Below are positions 14,592 to 25,687 of a DNA stretch of 64,000 bases, in pieces. The DNA is taken from positions 8,659,472 through 8,723,471 of the forward strand of contig NW_003526943.1 of NCBI RefSeq assembly GCF_000181795.1. Reading direction: 5' to 3'. How positions within the stretch are numbered: the stretch's first letter is position 1; each line of letters starts with the position of its first letter. The notes under the pieces are model-generated. The model ran no database searches. It saw only the letters and a program-made list of their open reading frames with translations, and was not told the origin of the DNA. The position numbers and the translations under genes are program-made. This stretch comes from Trichinella spiralis (taxonomy: Eukaryota).

Positions 14592-17500
14592 GGCAACACA
14601 ACTTTGATGAAACGAAAACTACCACTTTTAGAAACTGCCGCCGCACAAAATGCGTGTTTGATATTATCTGAGGTAACGCTTACAAAATACAGTAAACAAA
14701 TGAACCTGAATTTTAAGTAAATAATTGTGTTATTGGAAATGTAGAGGCTTATTTTTTTACTTCTTTAAATGCATATCATATAATGGAATTTCTATTTGTG
14801 TGCTTGAAAATGAACTAAAATTAGCGGAATTCAAAATTATCTAAAATTTTTCAATTGCAGTAATGGAAATTTTAATACAATATTGTCGCTGCAATGAGTT
14901 TTATTTTGATACATTTTTTTCTTCAATATTCTTTCTGTAGCTGTTTGTTTACAGTTGCAGTGGCCTGGAAATTCACTCCGTTTTACAGTTCACAATGTTT
15001 ATAGTATGAAATTATCAACTTGTTAGTTCAGCTTTTTTTTACATTTTTATTTAAATAAATGGTTTCGTAATATGCAGTGATAAAATGAAGTTAACAAAGA
15101 CAGAATGATGATAACTATGACTGCTTTTTTACTATTGGTGCAGTCTGTCAAATATGACTTTTCCAAGAATACGTCTGCTACTGTATTAAAAGAATTGTAT
15201 TCAGCAGTTGTAATTAGATTGATGAAGATCCAGTTGAAGTGGTGAAGACTTTTTTTATCTCACCCATGTTGAAATAATAATAACCCCTGAAAGTTTGTTT
15301 CACGTGTATCATTTTCCTAGAGAGCTTTACCATTTCATATGTACAGCATATGTAAACTGCTCGAATTGCATGCTAAATGAACACATATATATTGGAATTT
15401 ATACTGAATTTAATAATGCATGTGTTCTTGTTGCCAAATATTTTACTTATTTCTGCTTCGGTTGAAATTTGCTCACTGAAGCAAATCAGCATTAACTAGT
15501 GAAGCAACAATTTAGGCTTGTATTTTTAAGACACTATTGTAAACACATTTTCAATATTGTTTGCGTTTATTGTCAATGACAAAATTATAGATGGCCAGAA
15601 ATGTGATAATGTTCCTTCTACTGCTCATATGTGTATTGCTTATCGTCTGGAATATAGAGGTGAAACATAGAAACGTTGTCCCATGCTGAAATTTTTTAGT
15701 GGAAAATACAGTACATGCTTTTCATTGATGTAAAAAATTCACTGGAAGAAATTATGCGCATAAATAAGTAGCGTAAATAAATAAAATAATAGAAAAAGGA
15801 GTGTTAAAACGTTGATTTGCCGTAAGCTCAACGTAACTATAATGGCATTTAAAACGGATCATTTATTTAGCTGCCTGACGATCAGCATTTAGTAAGTAAA
15901 ATTTTTCAAAAAATCTACTAGAGAAAAATGTCGATAAACCTAACAATGCTTCTAAATGCACATTGATATTTTTTATTATGCAACAGACCATTTTCATTGT
16001 TTACAATAGTGAGGTGGATGACATTGAAAAATGGGGTAGCACAAAATTCAAACCAGCATCATAAATTGCAATTTTTGTTAGGGGTAATTCTCCAATCAGA
16101 AGGAATCATATGAAATGTTTAGACATGTCTGATTATTTTAATACGGTTTTGGCCTATTATGGCATTTATATTTTGGAAGATTTTCATAAAAGCGTTTAAA
16201 ACATAAATAACGGTCATTCATCAGAGACGGATAAAGGCAGGCCATGCAGGTTTACATAAAATTTGTCAGTGCTTTATTTTCAACTATTTAAAAGTCCAAA
16301 AAATGGATGCATTGCATTGTCAATGTCAACGCCTTACAGCCTTTTATATTGACATATCATGCATATTAAATATTTAAGATATAAAAATGTAGAGGTGAAT
16401 GTGGATGATATGGCATGTCATTAATATTTCAGGGGATAGACCTGATTTCTCCAACTAACTCCACGTTTTTTTTCATTTCTAGTAAACTTCATTAATTGCT
16501 GTACTGATGCACGCATATAATTTTCATTCGTTGTCGCTGTTATGCATCCTCTATGTGAAACACTGGTTCTTTATCATTAAATAGCAATAAATTTAAGAAA
16601 AATATTAAATAAAAATTGAAAAATCGTGTAAAAAAAATAAAAGATTTTTAATCGCTGTTTTTAAAAGTTATTTACTTTTTAACTGTAGTTATATTTTTAA
16701 TATTTTCTTTAACTATCAGCAAAATTTGACCAATGTGACTTTATCTGTTGAAATTTAAAATGCACATATGAGTTTGAGAGGTTGGGAGATACTGTGTTGT
16801 CCTTAAACAAATTTTTCATGCAATACGTTGTCGCACAAATAAGACACATACATCCAACTTTACGTATATTAAAAAATTGCAATGTTCCCTAATATACAAT
16901 GTGATATTCCTGTTCTACAAGTGAACTTCGCATTAATACAATATAAAAAATGCCATTTTGCTCATACTTCGTTTAAAAAATTGATTTATTAAAATTACGG
17001 CTTATAATACAATTATATTTGAAAACGATTCAGTTTTTGAAAACACCGACTAAAAAGCTTAAAAGTAATTTGAAAATTGACCAGTGATATGGAAGAAATA
17101 TTCAAGATACAGAACGCATCAGAGGGACAGTCAGTGAAATGTAGATGAGAAAAAGTAGGCGCCACTGATTATGCAACAACAAGCCACGTGGCACTCCAGA
17201 ATAAAGCAGCTCGATCAGGGTACTGGTGCAGCTGATTAATTGTTTTTTGCCGCAAGTAGCATATACGTAAAGATAAAAAACGACTTCAGTCTAGAAGCTT
17301 ATGTGAAAATTTAACTTCACAAATAGCTCTCATTCCCATGCTATGATTCTAATTATATCTTTGTGAACCATTTTTCACAACCCCAGAGAGTCAGATTGAA
17401 TATTTCCATCATACAGCAGTTGCCCATCTGTCATGTGAGCATTATACAATATTTCACGAAAGCGCCTCTCTCAGAATATTTGAAATGTTATCCAATGTTC

Positions 17501-19725
17501 AACATTTTATCCTATTTATCTGAAAACAGAAGTAAAATTTAGATCATGTACCACAATAATTTGATATTCCAGTATATGAAGAATCATTACGCATTCTTCA
17601 AGTATCTTTGAGACATATTAACAACTTCTCAAATTAATATTTTACCTCTTTGCAAAAAAACAATTTTCTTAAATATTAATTCATAATAAACACATGGAGA
17701 ATAAAATATCCATGACTATGAAGTTATTTTTCAACTCATTCTGACAATGAAAATAAGGCAATTCTTAGATTTTATGATGCATCAGATATTTTACAAAAAG
17801 GTATCTCATAAATAGACGCGATTAAATTTTTCACGAGAAAAATCGATGACATCCTTTAATTAAGACGCAATGAAATAACATTTTTAACAGATGCTATTAT
17901 CTTTTCATAAAAAATCAGTTTGCTGATTTTCAAATAAATTAGACAGTATCTTAGTTCAGTGGAAAATTCAATTCCTTCATTGAACTATAAAAAAAGAAAA
18001 GTGCCCACAATTCAATATGTGTTGACCCGCAAGCAGTGTAAACCACAGCACACAAAGAATCAGAATTTTTTATTCACATAATAAACATGCCAATTTCTGC
18101 CAACTCTTATTCCCTTCCTATCTGTCATCTGCCTCAACAATATCCTCTTTCTATACTTAGCAATTCACGTACGCTCTTCCTTTTGCTTGAGTTAGTATAG
18201 CCAACGAGTAGAGATTTGTGCTCTTCTGCATTGAGATATTGAATTATAGTATATCATTTTATCACTAGTGTTCTACTAATAATTAGTCTTACTTAATTTA
18301 TTAGAATTTTCATCGACTTCTTGCCAGCAACAGCCTAATACTGTGTAGAAACCTCTTCTTAGATTGTTCAGGGCCTATTGGCAGGCTAATTTGGATGCCC
18401 ACATGATGCCTCACTTGTCTACCAAATGACTCGAGAGTCGCTGTGAAACCAGTCCCATGTTGCACGCTGCAGTTATTTACCAGCATTTTGAATAAAAGCA
18501 ACTCATGCTGTATCACTGGATAATCTCTGCATAGGATGCATGAATTACCAAGTAAAGTGTACTTTCATCTGTAGATTTTTTATTTCCTTTGCACCTGCTA
18601 TAACCAAAAACATATCAACAATAAACGTACGATCGTAGAAAATCATAGAAACTTTTAGAAACAACAGGTACTTGATTTCATACATACTGTAATACTTAAT
18701 TTTCATTCGTAAGTGCAAAGAATATAAAAATTCCTTATACATTTTCAATGTATGTAAACTCTTTAATTGTTTATTATGCATAATTTTACTTGAATGAAGC
18801 AAAATTTAATTTAATAAAAATTCACTTTTCAAAACTGGAAATAATACTGCAGGAATAACAGTGAAAAAAGAAAAGAATGGCAGTTTTGCTTTTATTTGTA
18901 GAGTTGTTGGTGGCATTGTGCAAAATTGTGCATGTGCATCAGATATTGATTGTACAGTGAACTGTATAAAAATGAATAGTACCAGTTTGCGCTGTAGAAC
19001 TAAGAACTCTATAGAACTAAGACAAAAATTCAGACATTCAAAAGGAAACTAAATACGGACATCAGGTTGCTTAGAAGTTATGTAATCATAAAATTCTAGA
19101 GTAATTGCTGATGACGATTCAGGTTTTGATTTAGCACGTAAAAGAGTTTACTATGCATACAATATAAAATGCTGATAAGTACTGTTAATTTCATTTGGCA
19201 TTCAGAAACATAGAAGAAGGAGAAATTTGCTGATCTGAAAATGTGATTAAAACATGATGCAATAAATATTCACTGTGTGATCATATTCGAAAAATGATAA
19301 AAGAGTCCATAATGAGTATTTTAAAAAGTGTATAATTCAAATATGGAAAATGACAAACAAACTATCATCAGGAGTGAAGCGCAACAAAAAATTATATCAT
19401 TATCATTAGAAGTTTTCATTATCTTACATCGAATTCAAGATCATATCTCATTACAGTTATTTTTATGTAAGAATCAAAACAACAGCTATATTTAGACTTA
19501 ATAACCAGAAATCAAATCAAAAAACAGAGTAAAGCACTTTTTTAACAAGAAAGTAATTATCCAAACTGCAATGAATGACTCAACAAATAAATAAGCTAAA
19601 AAAATAGTTGAATTTTTACTAAAATTTGACATTCTATTTTCAAACTATATACATAACATACATATAAAAACATAATTTGGAAACTTGAAATGTATGTTTC
19701 TTTTTATGCCATTCATGTTAAACAA

Positions 19726-20706
19726 TCAAACAACTGTAAATAATTCTTTCGGTCTACCAGAAATAGTGCTTTCTTTCAATGAAACGTCCTTGCCTTTATT
19801 AGATATCTGTGGGTGGCGTTTGAAATTAATTTTTCTTTTTCGATATGATATCAAAAAAAGAATAATGGATTTCTTTTTCCATAAAAAGAGTAAAGAAGTA
19901 ATAAAGTACATGAAGGCTACTTCACATAATGCCTCAGTAAAAGGGTCAAAAAATGTCATTTCTTGTTGAATAATGCAGTAATAAGATGCCGCTGCGGCTT
20001 CATTCTTCAACTCATGGATTTTTCGAAAATTTCCTTTCGTGAAATGCAAAACAGCAATTGCACCGTCTCTTGTATAAGCAAGAAGCAGAAAATCAACATA
20101 AAATGATAAACCATCTGAATTATTTATAATAATTGAATTATTGATTGTGTGCTGCAACGGAACCCAAGTCCTCTGATGAGCCTTTTTCCAAAACAATGCA
20201 TAAACAATGTTTAGTACAGGAGAAGGAGTTGGAAGATGTGGAACTGGTGACTGCCACTGAATTTCAAGTTTATTCATTTCTTTTAAATTGCAAAGTTTCA
20301 GCGCGGCATCAAACTTTCCACTTATTTCTTGATTTCCATTTGCTCGCAAGTCATGATGATAAAAGTAGCAAGCCATCTGACATCCTAATAATAACAAGTT
20401 TTTGAATTAATACTTTGATTCAGCTGAAAACTCACCGATAAAACATATTTTTGAATCTTCACATATTGAATCCATTATTAAATATTTCTTATAAAATGTC
20501 TCACAATATTTCCAGCAACTCAGGCAATCACTTTGATAGAAACATAATGAATCATTTAAATGGTCGCTTTTGAGCGCAAAAGCGTCAACACAAAGTGCAC
20601 GGCAGGAAAGTACATAATCAGCCATCATCAACTGACTTGTCGATAATCCTGGAAATGCAGTAGCTGACACAACACTTAATAAAAATATGAAGCACAGCAT
20701 GTCCAT
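19726..20706 (-). CDS. Paralog B of the Cys-rich/FN3 membrane protein; intron 20385-20435; shorter, divergent C-terminus
   Basis: The two ORFs 20407-20706 and 19726-20397 join through a GT-AG intron at the same position as in paralog A. Shared motifs include GLSTxQLMM, MNKLEIQWQSP, VYALFWK and VDFLLLAYTRDG. Confidence 0.7.
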
Positions 20707-21029
20707 GAAATTTCAATTAGTAGACTATCACTGCAAAAAAACAATAACGTACTATTGTTGTATACGCTATCTATTATGAAATACAGTATACTATCAAACC
20801 TGAATTTTAAGAAATAATTATGTAATTATAATGAAAAGGCTTATTATTCAATTTTGAATTAATTTTGTATTTTTAATTAAATTTTAATTAATTTGTAATT
20901 TAATTTTAATTTGTATTTTTGTTTGTGAAATGCTTAAATTCTTCACTTTAATATTTTTCATTTTTTGATAGTCAAAGTAGAAATTTAATAGTAATAAGTA
21001 AGCTGTTTCATGATTATCCGAATACCAGT

Positions 21030-21900
21030 GAACTGATAAAGGTTCCTCCAAAGTAACCTTATGGCGGACAAATCAATATTTTAGGATTCCAAATATTCTT
21101 CACGCCACCCGAGACTGTGGCTTCATCAGAAAGATCCTTCTCATACCTTAAACTCCTGATATCCTCTGCATGATCCACCATGGTCCAGAATTAACTGAAT
21201 GGCCTAGCTTTGTTATTTCATTATCTATCAATACCATTACCAACTGCAGTTGTGTTAGACGAGGTCACACGCCAACCATGAAGATTAAAATGTCTACTGC
21301 TTTAACGTACGTTTACTGTTTTGGTTGAATTTAAGTGTAGCAGAGAACATATCACCTCTGTCACTACTGACGTTCAAGTTCAGTGGACTGTATTTTCATT
21401 CTAGTAGTGATTCATCCGTTGTAGAGAAGAAAGTAGTTGTACAGAAAATGTAACAGCAGTTTTAAGGGATGCAAGCTTTATCAAGATAAACCAACACAGA
21501 AAATTGATCAGCCGTTCACTAGCTCTTGACGTAGGATAATTCTTCTAGAAACCGTCTTGCTGACGGGTACTCTGTGCACGTAACAAACAACAGCAATCAT
21601 CTTCGAAATGCTGTTCACGGTATATATATAGATGTTTGCACAGCCACTTACTTTGTTACTTCCATTAAACTTTTGTATTTCCTATCAGCACTTATGGTGG
21701 CGCTGGCGCTTATCTCCTACTCATTTAACTTGTTTAAGCGGATGGAGTTTACACACTGTTCACGATGTCTTATGTTCTCACGCAGCAGTGTTTCTGCCCA
21801 TCCATCACAACTATCAAATTCTGATCAATGAGTGCAGAAGCCATGTTATGAGCGATTTACCCCTGAAAAGTCAGCACACTCCCTACCTTTCTCAAGGCGT
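21030..21900 (-). mobile_element. Highly degenerate BEL/Pao-like LTR retrotransposon gag-protease remnant
   Basis: GC-richer patch. Broken minus-strand peptides FCTH..C, QCVN, QRHHK (zinc-knuckle-like), then TKLG..SGP and IWNPKIL resemble BEL Gag/DUF1758 motifs (RHHxLLH, TKLGWVISGP, FWxLExIGI) in the expected order. Many stops and frameshifts. Confidence 0.45.
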
Positions 21901-24787
21901 GCTATGACACCGCTTTATTACCGTTCAGGTCAGGACATATATATCTCAATGATAAAAATTATTGCATAATGCAATTTTCATGCATTTTTAGTAGCTGTTT
22001 ATGCAAATTTGAAATGTGTTTGATAATTCAGTTGCTATGTTCCATGAAGATATCTAGTTAGAAAACGAATTACAAAACTATTGCACTGTTGTACAAATTG
22101 TACACTATTGTACAAAACCAGTTAGATCAGATTATGTATTTAGACAGGCCAGACTGATTCCAGAGGCCGCTAGAATAGTGGGAAGTCAGTCAGTATTGTG
22201 CATGTGTTATGACAATCGCTTATGTATTCCTCTTACTTAGTAAAGTTAATTTGCACGTTGACGTGAGATGCAACATAAGTAATTCAACAGGTTGCAGCAT
22301 CTAAACTGGCAGTAATTCAAAACCTTGCTTAGCGCTGGTAAATTATACTGCACCTAACTGTACGCTCAAATCTAATTTCACTGAGCAGTCCTTTATACTG
22401 TTTCTTAACATTAGTCTGTACTATTCTATAATGAACATATCATGAACGGTGGAACACGTGGATCAGCAATGAATAGGAAATCGCATCATGGGCTGCAATG
22501 ATAAGGACTAATGCGATGGAAAAGCACATTACACAGTTTTCACTTTTTTCTCTGAATGCCTGTCTTCATGTAAAGTATTCAAATAATCCAATATAAAGCT
22601 AACATTCTGATAATTTTTACCAGAAACGTTTTATTTTGGTGCTTCAGATCACACTAGAAAAGTTTTTGTAGCATCTTATATTTCTATCAGTGTGCTCATT
22701 TATTAGCTGTTGCTTGCACTCAGACTGATAGCTCCCATCATTCAAACAGCAAAAGGAAGAAGAAATTCCATCCTTTCATTCATCACAATTGTTTCCATTG
22801 AAATAGGTGCGTGATTTCTATGGACGCACATATTTTTTCTCAGTATCCATTGAGCAATAAAATGCATCACCAGTTTCACGTTACCTATTCTTACAAAATG
22901 AAAAAATGTATTTTTCAGTAGAAGATCATATTGCGTGGTCATTTTTGATTTTCTGCATTTTCTAAGTAAATGTCACTGTTTGGCAATCATAACTGCTTCT
23001 GCTGTATGAAACGTTTAAATAAAATGAAATTCAATTATAAATCAGGAGTATGCCATGCATTACATATTTACATAGAAAGCTGAAAGCGCCTTTATTTGAA
23101 CAATAAAGAAGCTGCATGTCATCACCAAAACTGACCCAGCGAAGAATATAGAGAGCACATACGTTTAAGCAGTAAATGTACTATGACGTCTGCCTGATAA
23201 AAAAACTTGTCACTTTTTGATGATGATCACTCTGACTGCTGAATGTTTTTTTGTTAAAGCATAAATATTCATATACAGTACCTTATTTTTGAATTTGCAC
23301 TAAATTCATCTTTGTTGCTTTAGGGTTCAGTTATCACAAATGCTTTATGCCTGCAGTTACTATGAATATGTAGTGTCAATATCTCATATAGTCTTTTCTT
23401 CATTATTTTTAAGTTTTTGAAATCATCCTTCAATAATTATCTGAGTAGTTGATAGTTTGTTGTAGTCATTAGCAAGGGGTGGATTCATTATTCCCATCAA
23501 AGACATACTGCATCAAAATCTGATTGGTTACAAATGTCACATTGAAATTTGATTGGTTTCGAATGTCATTGCTTTTCAAAATGACCTTCATTGATTGTCG
23601 TTGTGAGGAATGTTATTTGTTGTCGCGCAGCTAAATTTTACTGGTTGTTGTTGTAATGAGTTCTATTTGTCATTTTTCTTTCTCATTTGATGATCATTGT
23701 CATTTGTCAGTTTTCTGATATTCAAAGCTTTACTATTTTTATTCTGTTTATATTAAAAAAATTACTATTTGATGGTACTTATTTGATGAAATTAATTATA
23801 ATTAATTACCTTAATGAAATTGAGTAAAATGGTTAATCCAACGGGCACCTTTCCACGTGAGCTTTCTACTAATAATGGCCCTAACTTCTAAATTTGTACA
23901 CATTGCATACGTGCTGCCTATTTTATTCTTTACAAAAATAAAATAATCCTTAATAACAATGGATACATGTTGCACATTGCGCATATACTTCGGAACATCC
24001 CCAATATTTCTTCTGGTTGCCAGTATATTTTCATTTATATTCCCTTTCTTTCAAAATCAAGGGACAGTGCACCGCAATGATTGCTACAAGAATTATCAGA
24101 CATAAAGAGAAGAAGAAATAGCAAAAGAAAAGAAAATTTTCTTCTTTCTAACTGAGACCTTAAATACTGTTCATAGGAATATCACCCATTCTGATTCTGG
24201 CACGGGACCTGTTTGACATCATAAATGTCCATCCTCTCTTATGGTTTTTAACTGAATTTTTTGCTTGTTCAAATTTGTTATCTCGAATCAGTATCCACTT
24301 CTGAGCAAGATTTAGGTAAATCGATAATTTGTTTGAAAAATCAGGAATATGGCGCCAATGGTTTCAATTTATCGACAAAAGGCGCACCAAAGCTGACATC
24401 AAAGAATGCAATGTCTACTGCCCTGTGAATTGAAGAAGCTTCAACAGCTTTTCTGCTCAGTGCCGTTCATTTATTTCTTTCTGCTGGCATCAACATCTTG
24501 AACTTCTTACTTTTATCACGTCAAGGGCAATCAAAGTGCAATTTATCATAAATACTGTTCAAAGGAATGTCAGCCAACAGTTGCTTTCCTCATCAGATAA
24601 ATTAAGTTTTACCTAGCAGTTATATGAGATTTACCCATATGATGCTTTTTCGTTTGTCAGAAATTGATTAAATTTTAAAAGGTGATTTAGTACAATGGGA
24701 AAAACTACAAATGAAAAATTGTCCATAGCTTCAGCTATTCAGCTAAACAAGGAGTGACAACTACTAAATGTTAGCATTGAAATACTT

Positions 24788-25041
24788 ATGAAATGTTTAT
24801 TCTTAAATTTAAATGACAAATAGGCCCCACTGGAAGTTAATAAAAAAAGTCCATTCCATTTTCAAATTACGGTATATATTATGTATTCATGAAAATGAAA
24901 AACGTTACATCTAAAATATTGTGTATTTTATATTTTTAAAGAATTTTCATTGAATAAATTCACATTTTCTTTAATTGATTTTCAATTTAGATGATTTGCA
25001 CAATCTGTTTTCTAAGTATGGAAAAATAATTCGCATTGAGT
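24788..25041 (+). repeat. Inverted duplicate (254 nt) of CPEB intron+exon segment 26793-27046
   Basis: Direct reverse-complement match: atgaaatgtttattcttaaatttaaatgacaaatagg...tttag atgatttgcacaatctgttttctaagtatggaaaaataattcgcattgagt. Confidence 0.93.
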
Positions 25042-25687
25042 AATAACAAATTCTATTGCTAAGAGCAATCATGACGCTGGCAATAGCAGTGAAAATAACT
25101 CTGACGGCAAATGAATTGAAGAATCACCGGTATCAATCAACGTGACTTACAACTCTGTTCAAACTTTATCAAAATTTTTGGCCTCTCAAACAGAGCCAAA
25201 AAAAGGTTCCTTTGCATTTAACTGAAATAACAGATTTTGTACTTAATCTTCCAGCTAACAAATGATTTAACCAAAAATCACAAACTATTTGTCTGAATTA
25301 AAAACTTGATGGCTTCATTATTTTCATTTCTTTCATTATTTTTTTCGACTTCTTAATAAATTACACAAATTTAGTGTAAATCTCAATACAACAAAATACA
25401 ACTCTGAGTTCATTGTAACGGAATTTTGCTGTATATTAATGCCCCCATTTCTTTTTATATTATCGCAATATATAAATATAAAAAGTTTATTGCCTGAAGT
25501 TGATCAAAATCATAATACTTGATGTATTCATATAAAAGCCATGAAAACTGAAAAATACATATGAAGAAAAATGAATAAAAAGAAGTTGTTGGCTGAAAAT
25601 TCAAATGTAAAAATTTGCTGTGGGCATATATGATAAAAATTCAATCTGTTAAAAAATTAAAAGTCATTCAGTTAAAAAAGTGGTTGT

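Noticed and set aside
18310..18516. 68-aa minus ORF with faint retroelement RNase H-like fragments
   Set aside because: The motifs could be forced onto either BEL or DIRS RNase H and neither is convincing, so it was left uncalled.
23460..23875. Possible Helitron-like non-autonomous element (tgattggtt repeats, caacgggcac...ctactaat end)
   Set aside because: No clear terminal hairpin, no CTAG end and no defined 5' boundary.
25440..25680. CPE-like U-rich motifs in the CPEB 3'UTR (autoregulation)
   Set aside because: TTTTAT-type words are expected by chance at this AT content.
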